Below are positions 29,261 through 41,396 of a stretch of DNA of 48,855 bases, one piece after another (within the stretch, counting starts at the first letter, position 1; each line of letters begins with the position of its first letter). This DNA comes from a virus (Duplodnaviria > Caudoviricetes). The DNA is taken from positions 1 to 48,855 of IMG/VR virus record IMGVR_UViG_3300032218_002330; one strand, 5' to 3'. The notes beneath the pieces are model-generated. The model saw nothing but the letters and a program-made list of their open reading frames with translations. It was not told the origin of the DNA and ran no database searches. Both the position numbers and the translations under genes were made by a program.

Positions 29261-31492
29261 TTATTCTGCTGCTAAATTATTTACTATTACTATTGTACCA
29301 GAACTTGATGATCCTGTCTGACCAGTTGCACCTGCGATAGTACTTGTTGTTAATCCTACTGGAACACCACTTGTAGACATTATAAATATAACTCCACCGC
29401 CACCTACATAACCAGATGAACCTGTAGCACCTGTAGCACCAGCAGTTGCTGTCCCACCTGCCCCACCTGCTCCACCGACCCAATATGTTGCTGTATTAAA
29501 AGTTGCAGTTGGGTAATTTGTTGCATATGCTGATATTGGATATACAGTATTATATCCAGTTAATGGATATGCTGTTGAATAAGTTGAAATTGGATAATTT
29601 GTTGCATAATTTGCTGGATAATTTGCTGGATTAAAACCAATAGATGGATATGCTGTTGAATAACTTGAAATTGGATAATTTGTTGCATAATTTGCTGGAT
29701 AGTTTGTTGCATTAACTCCAGGAGAAGGATAATTTGTTGCATAGTTACTTCCAGATGCTGGATAAGTTGTTGGATTTGAACCTACTACTGGATAGTTTAC
29801 ATTTGTAACATATGATGATACTGGATAAACTGTTGGATTTGAACCAGCAACTGGGTAGGTAGTAGTAGTTGCATAGTTAGTTCCAGATACTGGATAAGTT
29901 GTTGGGTTTGTTCCAGCAAAAGGATACGTAGCTGGATTAAATGCACTAGGAATTGCAAAATAAGTAGTTGGATTTCCGCCAGCTACTGGATAAGTTGTTG
30001 GATTTGAACCAGCTACTGGATAAGTTGGAGAATTAAGGTTTTGTGAGTATTTTTGATTGCCTCCCGCAACAGCTAACGGATAAGTTGGCGCATTATATTT
30101 TAAAGTTTTTGGCGTAGGATTATAAAGACCTGTTGAAGTCCCCGCTGTAGTATTATAATTTGGCGTATTATAAGTTCCAAGTGCTACTGGGTTTCCACCT
30201 GCTACAGTATTGTAGTTTGTAGTTCCTGGAGTAGTAGAATAAAATGTTTGTGCTGGAGTTGTAGTATAAACTTGATTTCCTGAAACATAATTATAGTTTG
30301 AAGTTCCTGGAGTGGTAGTATAGTTAGAACCTGTTGATGGATAATTTACTGTAGTTGTATAATTTGGATTACCTGGAAAAGTATTATACCCCGCAGCAGA
30401 AGAACCAAAAGTTGTAGCATAGTTTGGATTACCTGGAGTGGTAACATAGTTAGTACCAACTGCTGGATAAGATGTTACATAGTATGGATTTCCTGGAACA
30501 GTATTATATCCAGTTACTGGATAAGAAATTATATAGGGTCCAATAGGATAATTAGTGGCATATACTGCATTTCCTGGAACAGTATTATACCCATTTATTG
30601 GATAAGAGGTTGCATACAATGCAACAGGATAATTAGTGGCATATACTGCTGGGTAATTTGTAGCATATGCTGCAATTGGATAACTAGTAGAATATGTTTG
30701 TGGGCTTGAAGCTATAAATAAATTTGGAGCTGCTGCTCCTGCAGTTCCTGGAGTCCCCGCATTTCCTGCTGATCCTGCTGATCCTGCTGAAGCTCCTATA
30801 CCATTTGCATAAATTGCACCTGAGCCAGTAATTGTTTTAGCAATAACTACAATTACTCCACCACCTGAACCACCTGCTCCTCCAAGACCTCCTGCGCCAC
30901 CTGTACCAGCAACGCCATCAGTTCCAGTAGCGCCTTTACCACCTGGAGCTAAAACTGTATTTGCATTTGGTGGATAGTTACCAACAGAGCCTGCTGTACC
31001 AACATTTGCAGTACCTGCAGCACCTGTTGCTCCTGTTGCGCCTGTAGAGCCACCTGCACCACCTGAAACAGGAGAAATAGCACCTGTTGTAGCATTAATA
31101 TATAGAGTTGAAATTAAATTTGTTATGTTGTAAAAAAATTCTTTAGCAGAATCAATTTGCGTAGCTGTTTTATCTCCACTATTTCCGCCAAGGGAATTTA
31201 TAGCATTATTTCCAACAGTTGAACCGCCTGAAATTGTTCCTGTCTGCGTTGTATTTGCAGATCTTGCAATTGTAGAAGTTCCACTAACAAAAGTAAGCGT
31301 ATCTTTAACAAATATTCTAAAACCAGCGGGATCTAAATTAAATCCTGAGTTAATAGTAAGATTGTTATAATACATATCTCTAGTAAGGGTGGTATTAGTA
31401 GATATAGTAACGTTACCGTCGGTTCCGTTACCATAAACATAAAGTCCACCAGTTCTAGTATTTATTACAATTGGAATGGAACTAATTGACAT
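29261..31492 (-). CDS. Glycine-rich virion protein carrying a ~400 aa Tyr-Pro/Thr/Asn repeat insert
   Basis: 743 aa; about 26 YP dipeptides in YATNYP and GSNPTTYP units. Confidence 0.8.
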   Translation of the reverse strand: MSISSIPIVINTRTGGLYVYGNGTDGNVTISTNTTLTRDMYYNNLTINSGFNLDPAGFRIFVKDTLTFVSGTSTIARSANTTQTGTISGGSTVGNNAINSLGGNSGDKTATQIDSAKEFFYNITNLISTLYINATTGAISPVSGGAGGSTGATGATGAAGTANVGTAGSVGNYPPNANTVLAPGGKGATGTDGVAGTGGAGGLGGAGGSGGGVIVVIAKTITGSGAIYANGIGASAGSAGSAGNAGTPGTAGAAAPNLFIASSPQTYSTSYPIAAYATNYPAVYATNYPVALYATSYPINGYNTVPGNAVYATNYPIGPYIISYPVTGYNTVPGNPYYVTSYPAVGTNYVTTPGNPNYATTFGSSAAGYNTFPGNPNYTTTVNYPSTGSNYTTTPGTSNYNYVSGNQVYTTTPAQTFYSTTPGTTNYNTVAGGNPVALGTYNTPNYNTTAGTSTGLYNPTPKTLKYNAPTYPLAVAGGNQKYSQNLNSPTYPVAGSNPTTYPVAGGNPTTYFAIPSAFNPATYPFAGTNPTTYPVSGTNYATTTTYPVAGSNPTVYPVSSYVTNVNYPVVGSNPTTYPASGSNYATNYPSPGVNATNYPANYATNYPISSYSTAYPSIGFNPANYPANYATNYPISTYSTAYPLTGYNTVYPISAYATNYPTATFNTATYWVGGAGGAGGTATAGATGATGSSGYVGGGGVIFIMSTSGVPVGLTTSTIAGATGQTGSSSSGTIVIVNNLAAE

Positions 31493-31827
31493 TAAACTAT
31501 CTCAATTCCTGAAATGTGAATATTAATTGCACTAGTTGTTGACGCTAGAGCGTAAATTGATGCACCCGTAGGTATAACAATTGCAGTATCAATTGTAGTA
31601 GTTGTATTTGCAGAAACAGTAACAGCCCCAAGAATTTGATTTGAGGTTGTAGCTGATCCAGCACTTGGAACTAAATGTAGTGTAGCTCTTGCATCACTTG
31701 CTGTTGTATTTGCAAGAACAATTGTTTTAATTGTTGTTGTAGTTGAAGCGGGAGCTGTATACATTGAAACTGCAGATGCTGTTAATGTAGTAACTGCTGT
31801 CAATTGCTTTGTTGTATATGTAGCCAT
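31492..31827 (-). CDS. Small fibre adaptor-type protein
   Basis: 111 aa beta-rich; YTAP..TTT.IK.I..AN...ISG.EI pattern that typically follows phage fibre genes. Confidence 0.65.
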   Translation of the reverse strand: MATYTTKQLTAVTTLTASAVSMYTAPASTTTTIKTIVLANTTASDARATLHLVPSAGSATTSNQILGAVTVSANTTTTIDTAIVIPTGASIYALASTTSAINIHISGIEIV

Positions 31828-31850
31828 TTTTTCCTCCTATTCTAGACTTC

Positions 31851-34157
31851 TTAAAGTATCATGGAATAATACCATGCTGCATCTTCTGTTGATATTGTAC
31901 CAGTAGATGCGGGTAAAGTTAAAGTATTTGATCCTGCTATAGCAGTTGATTGAATAATAATTGCACCAGATGTAGAACCAGCATAAGAAACACTTGTAAT
32001 TCCCGTCAATGCTAAATTAGCAGATGTTCTATTTAATGCAACTGCAGTAGTTCCAATATATGCTGTTGAATTACCAAGAACTCCAGATGGAATTGTTCCA
32101 GAAAGATTTCCAGCAGTTAGGTTTGTTAAGTTTGCACCAGATACTGTACCAAATAAACCAGACCATGTTCCAGTGGTGATTGTACCAACTGATGTGATAC
32201 TTGTATTTCCAGTCCATGTTGACAATGCTGTATTTTCTACGTTATTTAAACTTAAATCTGTTTTTACAGTTGAAGCAGATGCTGCTGAAACTGTATTGTC
32301 TGCAGCAATCTTTAAATATGTTAATGCACTTGGATTAGTTAATGTAAATATATTTGAACCAACAGTTGTAGCACCAAGGTTTGTTCTTGCACCTGTAGCG
32401 GTAGTTGAATTAGTTCCACCATTTGAAACAGACAAAGTTCCTGTAACTCCAGTAGTTAAGGAAACATTTGTAATTGTATTGTTTGAACCATTAATTGTTT
32501 TATTAGTTAGCGTTTGAGCAGTTGAAAGATCTGCTGTAATTGTTGTGTCAATTGCTAATGTAGAACCAGATTTAGAAAGACCATTTCCTGCTTGAATAGC
32601 TTGTGCAGCATTAAATTGTGTGTAAACTAAATTATCAGTTCCTAGAACTGCAGTCCCCGTTGGAGAAGATAAAATAAATCCAGTATTAGCATTTGTTGAT
32701 CCTTCTGTAACAAATGTAAAGTCTCCACCTGCAACTTCGCCATTTGGATTATTATCATCATCTGCTGCACGAGTTATAATCCATTTAGAAGACCCGCTTC
32801 CAATATTTGTAACTTCATAAATACCATTTTGTTTTGCATCAGTTTGAGATTTTATTAAAACTCTATCGCCAACTGCTAATGTAACTCCATCGGCAGGGCT
32901 AATTGATTGATTTATTGATGCTGTTAAAGTAGCACCATATCCATTAGTTCCATTATCATAAACTGCAGACCAATTATTTACTGATGCAATTCTTACTGAT
33001 TTATGAAAGTTAATTCCTGAAGCAATACCATCAACATATAATTTAGTTGCTGCGTGTAAATCAGATGTAGGTGCACCAGATAATGTAAGTGCTCCAGTCA
33101 TTGTTCCACCAGTTTTTGAAAGTTTATCATCAATTTGTGTTTGAATTGCTGAAGTTACTCCATCAAGATATCCAATTTCTGTATCTGATACGTTAGTTAT
33201 TCTTGTTTGGATTGTTGTTGTGTCTACAACTAAATTAGAAGCATTTGTTGTAAGTCCCGTCCCAATATTTAATGCTACTGTGTTAGTTCCTGAATTATAT
33301 GTAACTGGAGCTGTTGCATTTGTTACTCCTGAAGGACCAGTTGGACCAGTTGTACCCGTAATTCCTGTGTTGCCTTGTGCTCCTGTTGGACCTGTAGATC
33401 CTGTAATACCTGTGTTGCCTTGTGCACCTGTAGCGCCTGTAATACCTGTGTTGCCTTGTGCACCTGTTGGACCAACCACTGTACTATCTGCACCTGTTGC
33501 GCCTGTAATACCTGTGTTGCCTTGTGCTCCTGTTGGACCTGTAGATCCTGTAATACCTGTGTTGCCTTGTGCACCTGTAGCGCCTGTAATACCTGTATTG
33601 CCTACTGCACCTGTTGGGCCAGTGGTTCCTGTAATTCCTGTATTACCCATTTCACCTTGTGGGCCTTGGTTTCCTGTATTTCCTACTGCACCTGTTGGGC
33701 CAGTGGTTCCTGTAATTCCTGTGTTGCCTTGTGCACCTGTTGGACCAGTGGTTCCTGTAATTCCTGTGTTGCCTTGTGCACCTGTTGGGCCAGTATTACC
33801 AACATCTCCTTTTGATCCTTGAGGTCCTGTAGCGCCTGTTGCACCAACAATTCCTTCTACACCTTGTGGGCCAGTTGGTCCAGTTGGGCCTAATCTTGAT
33901 GGAAGTTGTGAATCTGGAACTATACCAGATGAGTTTAATGTTGCAACTCCACCTGTAGCGCCTTTTTCTGAATATGAAATATAATCTGTACCTGCAACTG
34001 GAATATTTGCGGGAGTAGGGGAAGACACCCATTCACTACCATTATAATAAGTAATAGTATGTGTAACTAAATTCCAATAAATATCACCTTCACGACCTGA
34101 AGTTGGATCTGAATATAATGGAACAAGCTTAATTGGTGTTTTAAAAATTCTTGACAT
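31851..34157 (-). CDS. Collagen-like fibre protein 3 with a head-decoration/fibre domain
   Basis: G-X-T repeats, GGTMTGAL.L...P....HAATK.YVD, GDRVLIK.QT...QNGIY, C-terminus AWYYSMIL. Confidence 0.85.
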   Translation of the reverse strand: MSRIFKTPIKLVPLYSDPTSGREGDIYWNLVTHTITYYNGSEWVSSPTPANIPVAGTDYISYSEKGATGGVATLNSSGIVPDSQLPSRLGPTGPTGPQGVEGIVGATGATGPQGSKGDVGNTGPTGAQGNTGITGTTGPTGAQGNTGITGTTGPTGAVGNTGNQGPQGEMGNTGITGTTGPTGAVGNTGITGATGAQGNTGITGSTGPTGAQGNTGITGATGADSTVVGPTGAQGNTGITGATGAQGNTGITGSTGPTGAQGNTGITGTTGPTGPSGVTNATAPVTYNSGTNTVALNIGTGLTTNASNLVVDTTTIQTRITNVSDTEIGYLDGVTSAIQTQIDDKLSKTGGTMTGALTLSGAPTSDLHAATKLYVDGIASGINFHKSVRIASVNNWSAVYDNGTNGYGATLTASINQSISPADGVTLAVGDRVLIKSQTDAKQNGIYEVTNIGSGSSKWIITRAADDDNNPNGEVAGGDFTFVTEGSTNANTGFILSSPTGTAVLGTDNLVYTQFNAAQAIQAGNGLSKSGSTLAIDTTITADLSTAQTLTNKTINGSNNTITNVSLTTGVTGTLSVSNGGTNSTTATGARTNLGATTVGSNIFTLTNPSALTYLKIAADNTVSAASASTVKTDLSLNNVENTALSTWTGNTSITSVGTITTGTWSGLFGTVSGANLTNLTAGNLSGTIPSGVLGNSTAYIGTTAVALNRTSANLALTGITSVSYAGSTSGAIIIQSTAIAGSNTLTLPASTGTISTEDAAWYYSMIL
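33330..33890. repeat. Collagen-coding tandem repeats
   Basis: Repeated [10 protein letters not shown](A/S/T)TG(P)T units with near-identical DNA. Confidence 0.85.
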
Positions 34158-34172
34158 ATAATCCCCTTTAGT

Positions 34173-34211
34173 ATAGTGGGGTAGGAGGAAATTTTCTTCC
34201 TACCCCACTAT
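34173..34211. terminator. Long intergenic inverted repeat
   Basis: ATAGTGGGGTAGGAGGAA / TTCTTCCTACCCCACTAT, ~18 bp arms with one mismatch, between two fibre genes. Confidence 0.7.
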
Positions 34212-34224
34212 TATACCTTTAAAT

Positions 34225-36327
<2,103 letters not shown>

Positions 36328-36347
36328 TTATTTATTTTATTTTTTTA

Positions 36348-37001
36348 CTATGAGAAATACGCATATCCAGAAATTCCTTCAGAAAATGTAAGAACAACTG
36401 AATTTTCATTTGTATACGATATATCACATTCTACTTGATTTGAGCTGTAATCCATAACAATTACATTAGGTCTGAAGCCTAAATTATGAGTTACAGTCCA
36501 TGTTATTGCATTGCTTTGTTTTTCGTAAGTATACGAAACGAGATTTACATTAAACCCCGCCAAATCTCCTGGATCACCTTTTGCACCAGTTGCACCTTGT
36601 GCACCTGTAGCGCCATTGCTACCTGCAGAACCTGTTGCTCCCGCAACACCTGTTGCTCCTACAGCACCTGTTGCTCCAGTTGATCCGTTTGTACCTGATG
36701 GACCTGTAGCACCATTGCTACCTGTAGAACCTGTTACTCCCGCAACACCTGTTGCTCCTACTGCACCAGTGGCACCTGCTGGTCCTTGAACGGGGCCAAC
36801 ATTTGTCCAAGCAGAACTAACCCAAACATAAAGATTTTCAGCAACAAGATATCCTTGTCCTGATGTTCCAGTTGGGTGAGCTGTTTGTAGCGCAATAAGG
36901 CTATTATATCTGCCAAGGATTGTTATACCAGTACCTGCTGGACCTGTTGCTCCAGCTGGACCTCTTGAACCCTTTGCACGAACTACTATTGTATTAGCCA
37001 T
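36348..37001 (-). CDS. Collagen-like fibre protein 1
   Basis: G-A/S-T triplets; C-terminal W.V.HNLG..P.V.V.D...G.AY domain. Confidence 0.85.
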   Translation of the reverse strand: MANTIVVRAKGSRGPAGATGPAGTGITILGRYNSLIALQTAHPTGTSGQGYLVAENLYVWVSSAWTNVGPVQGPAGATGAVGATGVAGVTGSTGSNGATGPSGTNGSTGATGAVGATGVAGATGSAGSNGATGAQGATGAKGDPGDLAGFNVNLVSYTYEKQSNAITWTVTHNLGFRPNVIVMDYSSNQVECDISYTNENSVVLTFSEGISGYAYFS

Positions 37002-37357
37002 TAATTTATTGTCCCCGCATTCACTTTAAACCAACCTTGAAGAAAAGTTATCTTATCATCGTATGGGTCGGTTCCTTGAATTTGATATGAAGCTCTTGGG
37101 TAATTAAAGTTATTTGTTTTTTCAGGAGAGACTGAAATTATAATTGTTCCGTCGGCGGGATTAGGAACTTCTATTCCATCACCTATAGAGCATTCTGCAG
37201 ATAATATTTTCCCGCCAGGTTTATCTTTGATTTGCATCAAAAAAGAATAGCCAGTAATATCTACTATATTTTCATCTTCATCTTTATAGACCAACTCTAA
37301 ACTAAAGGTATCCCCTTGGGTTATCTTAAAATTTACATCTTGATCTACAGTGGCCAT
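37001..37357 (-). CDS. Small Ig/BppU-like virion attachment protein
   Basis: I.QGDTF...L.YKD.....DITGY...MQIK...G.I.I motif. Confidence 0.65.
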   Translation of the reverse strand: MATVDQDVNFKITQGDTFSLELVYKDEDENIVDITGYSFLMQIKDKPGGKILSAECSIGDGIEVPNPADGTIIISVSPEKTNNFNYPRASYQIQGTDPYDDKITFLQGWFKVNAGTIN

Positions 37358-37423
37358 TAATTACTCCAGGATAAAGCTTATATTAAGATGATTATATCAG
37401 TTTAATTATAAAAGCCATATTCT

Positions 37424-39352
37424 TTATTGGTTTATGTCGACAATTTCACATTCACCAGAAACACAGGCTAAAGCTTGTGAACCAGTTGTAGAATCCTCTA
37501 ATTCATATAAAGATAGTGCTTCCCAATTAATTGATTTAGGCATTTTTGAAACTAAATCGTTATAAGCATTTTTATCAATTTCTTGATATGGCGCTTGTAC
37601 ATATGTGTGCTCTGAATATGGCAAGAATGAAATTCCAGATACTTCATCAAAATGCTTATATACCCAAGCGCCTACTTCCATCCATTCATCTTCTTTTACT
37701 GATACAGTAATTGATGGTTTATGTTCACACCAATGGCGCTGATAAACTAACCAAATTTCTAATTGTTGAATTGCATTTAGTTTATCTCTTGTAATTGCAT
37801 TTGCTGGTGCTTTTACTGGAAACGAAAATACAGTTGTGTTATTTGGTTTCATTACATCATCTTCTGCAGGAATTCCTGTATCCATTAAAAATTGAGTAAT
37901 AGGATCTTTTTTATCTCCACGAACTGTTCTAATATAATAATCTGAATGCCATGCATGCATTCCTGAACTCACCCCGACCAATTGGGAAACTGTTCCTGAT
38001 GGTTTAACACAAGTAACTGCAGCAGAGGCGGGAATCCCAATTTTCGCTGCCTCTTCAATATTAATTTCAACAGCATACTCACGAAGTCTATCTAAAGTAT
38101 CTGCTAACTTTTTTAAACCATCTTGTCCAGAAAAGAATTTATTTCCAAACTGTCCAGTTAAAGAAACTCCAAGTAATCTTTCTTCTTCTGTATTATCTTT
38201 CCAAATTTTACGAATATACTTAAAGTCTGTAAGTGTTGATTGCCATGTTCCAAGAATTGTAGCAAGTCTTACTTTTTTAGCAACAGTTTCTGCTGTATCT
38301 TCTTCACGTAATACGACTTCTGAAAGATTACAAAACTGGTAAGGACGTAAAATAATTTCTGAACACGGGTTAGTTCCATAGTGTATATCTGGACTTCTTC
38401 TTCCATATTTTGCTGCTTGTAATTGTGCTGCTGCAACATTATAAATTCCTCTTTCTCCTGATTTTGAATCATACAAAGATTTCCATTCTGCAATAAATTG
38501 TTGCATTTCTGGTTTGCGAGAATATGCTACTGAGTTATTTGACAATGAACGCTGTGTATTTTTTTCCCACCAATTTCCAGCTTTTGCTGCAGCCATTTCA
38601 ATATCATTAATATTGGAAAGTGAAATCATAGCTGATCTACGAACTCCACCAACAACTACAACTTCGCCAATCTTACACATTAGATCATGACATTCAATTG
38701 GTTTTAATTGACGACCTAATGCGTTCTTAAATATTTGAATTGTAAAATCAAAAAGATTTACAAGTGGTTGTGGTCCTGATGAACGACCACCCATAGTTTT
38801 AAGTCTTGCTCCAGAAGGACGAACTTTACTAATATCAATTTGAGGAATTTGTCCAGCCCATAGCAAACCTAAAAGTTCACGATATGCTTTTGCCCAACCT
38901 TCTTTTGAATCTCCAACTATCACTGTTGTACTAGACTTCTCAAGTGTCTCTGGAAGTGAAGGAAGTTTATTTATATATTTATATTCAACAGAAAAACCAA
39001 CACCTGTACCGCACATTAAGATATACATTGCTTCATCAAAAGATCTTGCGTTATCTACTGGAAGAAATGCACAATTGTAACCAGAAACATTTTCTCTCTC
39101 CAAGGCAGCTCCTGCAGTCATTACTGATCGCATTGATGGCATAACATTGCGACTAAAAACTGCTTCACGCATTTCTTCAACTAAATTTTTATCAGGAGTA
39201 TAACCCTCTTTAGATAAATGAGAAATCATAAAATCAAAATAACGATCAACTGTTTCTCCCCAAGTTTCACGACGCTTTTCAGATTCAAGCCATCTTGCAT
39301 AACGACTTAAAGCAATAAAATTTTCGTACGGGTTTTCAATTATTTTTGACAT
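37424..39352 (-). CDS. nrdJ: Class II (adenosylcobalamin-dependent) ribonucleotide reductase
   Basis: SRYARW, PSMR, YNC, GGVRRSA, TNPCSEI, QFCNL, KPSGT, C-terminal ACxxxxC. Confidence 0.95.
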   Translation of the reverse strand: MSKIIENPYENFIALSRYARWLESEKRRETWGETVDRYFDFMISHLSKEGYTPDKNLVEEMREAVFSRNVMPSMRSVMTAGAALERENVSGYNCAFLPVDNARSFDEAMYILMCGTGVGFSVEYKYINKLPSLPETLEKSSTTVIVGDSKEGWAKAYRELLGLLWAGQIPQIDISKVRPSGARLKTMGGRSSGPQPLVNLFDFTIQIFKNALGRQLKPIECHDLMCKIGEVVVVGGVRRSAMISLSNINDIEMAAAKAGNWWEKNTQRSLSNNSVAYSRKPEMQQFIAEWKSLYDSKSGERGIYNVAAAQLQAAKYGRRSPDIHYGTNPCSEIILRPYQFCNLSEVVLREEDTAETVAKKVRLATILGTWQSTLTDFKYIRKIWKDNTEEERLLGVSLTGQFGNKFFSGQDGLKKLADTLDRLREYAVEINIEEAAKIGIPASAAVTCVKPSGTVSQLVGVSSGMHAWHSDYYIRTVRGDKKDPITQFLMDTGIPAEDDVMKPNNTTVFSFPVKAPANAITRDKLNAIQQLEIWLVYQRHWCEHKPSITVSVKEDEWMEVGAWVYKHFDEVSGISFLPYSEHTYVQAPYQEIDKNAYNDLVSKMPKSINWEALSLYELEDSTTGSQALACVSGECEIVDINQ

Positions 39353-39406
39353 GTTTTCTCCTTGTTATATTTAAAATGTAGAATCCTAGTGTATCACATA
39401 GAAATT

Positions 39407-40408
39407 CTAAAAATGGTCAGATTGTATTTTTTTCAATCTCTCAACTGCAGGTTTAGAGACTTTATTCCAGTTGTAGTCTTTATGAATAAGAAATGAATTT
39501 TGATAAGCTATTGCAGCATAGTGATCAAAATCACTAACCACATCTTGCATAAAATATTTTAATTGTGCATAATTTGGCTTTAATAGTAATCCTGGATGTA
39601 ATTCTGCCCAAGGAGATTCTGCCCAAACGGAATCTAAAGGCATAGTAATATATTTTTTATACTGTGCCCAACCAGATGTACATATCGTTGGCATTCCTGA
39701 AGCCATTGCTTGAAGTGGATTAAATCCAAAACCTTCTCCCCAAGACGGGTAAACAAAAACATCACATAAATCATAAAGTCCATGCATTTGTTCTACAGTT
39801 AATGAACTTTCAATTATTTTAATGTTTTTATAATTTGCATCTGGAGATCCTTTTACCATTCCAGTATCTTTATCAAAAATTCTAGTGGTATTTAATCTGC
39901 TACATTTTATAATTAATTCATATCGTGGATCATCCCCGTACAGACTAACAAAAGCATCTACAACCATTTGAGCATCTTTTCTAGAAGCTGGTTCTCCAAC
40001 ATGTAAAAATCTAAATGGGCGGGATTTATTAAATTCTCTTTTCTTAGGTATCCAAGAATCATCTACACCGTGTTCATAAACAAATATTGGTTTGTCAGTA
40101 TGCTTTGAAAATATTTCTCTATTCCACTCTGAAGTTGTCCAGAGTTCATCTATAACATTATTGATAACATTATCCCAACCCCAAAGTAACTCAGTTGATT
40201 CCCAAGGTGTATAACCAATTTTATATTGATCTTTGGCAAATGTATACTGCAATGGCTGAATAAAAGATATGCCTATGTTAGGCTCTTTTGATTTAACTAA
40301 GCATTCTATACCCAGATTGTTAAATGAATTAAATATATGATTTGAAGCTTCACCATATCCAACATTACGATCCATATACTCTGGAGCACCTGTAAATGAG
40401 ATTTTCAT
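39407..40408 (-). CDS. GT4 (GT-B) glycosyltransferase
   Basis: GYTPWEST, RK, FVYPSWGEGFG..PLQAMASGMP.I. Confidence 0.88.
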   Translation of the reverse strand: MKISFTGAPEYMDRNVGYGEASNHIFNSFNNLGIECLVKSKEPNIGISFIQPLQYTFAKDQYKIGYTPWESTELLWGWDNVINNVIDELWTTSEWNREIFSKHTDKPIFVYEHGVDDSWIPKKREFNKSRPFRFLHVGEPASRKDAQMVVDAFVSLYGDDPRYELIIKCSRLNTTRIFDKDTGMVKGSPDANYKNIKIIESSLTVEQMHGLYDLCDVFVYPSWGEGFGFNPLQAMASGMPTICTSGWAQYKKYITMPLDSVWAESPWAELHPGLLLKPNYAQLKYFMQDVVSDFDHYAAIAYQNSFLIHKDYNWNKVSKPAVERLKKIQSDHF

Positions 40409-40431
40409 TGATTTCCTGACTTGTTTTTCCT

Positions 40432-40449
40432 AGTATATCATGATAGGAT
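40432..40449. promoter_or_regulatory. Back-to-back extended -10 elements at the strand switch
   Basis: TGATATACT on minus (40432-40440) abuts TGATAGGAT on plus (40441-40449). Confidence 0.55.
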
Positions 40450-40482
40450 AGATATTACTACTCTTACCCCAGGAGGTTCAAA

Positions 40483-41169
40483 ATGAATAATGAGAACATA
40501 GCAAGGATAAGAACAGTATGGGCAATGATATTTGTGAGTATTATCACAATGTTATTTGGAGTAAATTCCGAAGCCCAGGCTGCAATGAAAGAAGTAATAG
40601 TGTACAATAGAAATATATTATATATTAATAAATATAATAATCTAGTTAATATAAAAGATATTATTAATATAGATTATAATATTAAAGATAAAAGAATAAA
40701 GAATAAAACTCTTTATTTAATTAATGATTTACGTTCTAGAAGCACATTTAAAATGCCCGCATATAGCGTTAAGCTAAATTTAAACTCAAGAGTAGACCAG
40801 CGGGTTTTCATATCAAGACTAGCAAATGCCCTCAAGTCCCAAGAAACGGGAGGCGTTGGCGCATATACACGCAAGTCTTATTCCAGCAGTGCATGTGGTG
40901 CTTTTCAGTACATGCCTAGAACATGGAATAACTACAAAGGTTATAAAAGTGCATGCGATGCACCAAATTGGGTTCAAGATGAAAGAGTGATTCATGAACT
41001 TGAATACAATTATGAAAAATATCATGATTGGCGCAAGGTTATCGCAGCACATTTAATGCCAGCAAGGGCGGGAGACATGAGATCTTGGAAACAACCAGTT
41101 CCAGGAAATCCTTCTGTCCATGATTATGTAAATTCTGTATTTAAGAAGGCGAACATTGCATTAGCATGA
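40483..41169 (+). CDS. Secreted/membrane-anchored lytic transglycosylase-like protein
   Basis: N-terminal hydrophobic signal with AQA site; catalytic ET.G, A.GAFQYMP.TW, AP..VQD, YV..V lysozyme-fold motifs; AGGAGG RBS. Confidence 0.8.
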   Translation: MNNENIARIRTVWAMIFVSIITMLFGVNSEAQAAMKEVIVYNRNILYINKYNNLVNIKDIINIDYNIKDKRIKNKTLYLINDLRSRSTFKMPAYSVKLNLNSRVDQRVFISRLANALKSQETGGVGAYTRKSYSSSACGAFQYMPRTWNNYKGYKSACDAPNWVQDERVIHELEYNYEKYHDWRKVIAAHLMPARAGDMRSWKQPVPGNPSVHDYVNSVFKKANIALA

Positions 41170-41396
41170 TGTTTATACAAATCTTTTCAGAATATAAAAC
41201 TATCGTAGAGGCAGGCAGGGCGAAAGCCCTGACCTGCCCTATGCACGAAGATAACATTTATGATCTTAACCCTAGTTTGACGGATAATGATAAAATTATG
41301 CTACAATGTTTTTCATGTTCATATAAAATTATTGTTGGACATACATTGTATGAAAATATTAAGCGAGTTGTAGAAAATGAAGCAATTACCAAATAA
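41166..41396 (+). CDS. Small Zn-binding protein
   Basis: CPMH...CFSC; overlaps both neighbours. Confidence 0.7.
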   Translation: MMFIQIFSEYKTIVEAGRAKALTCPMHEDNIYDLNPSLTDNDKIMLQCFSCSYKIIVGHTLYENIKRVVENEAITK

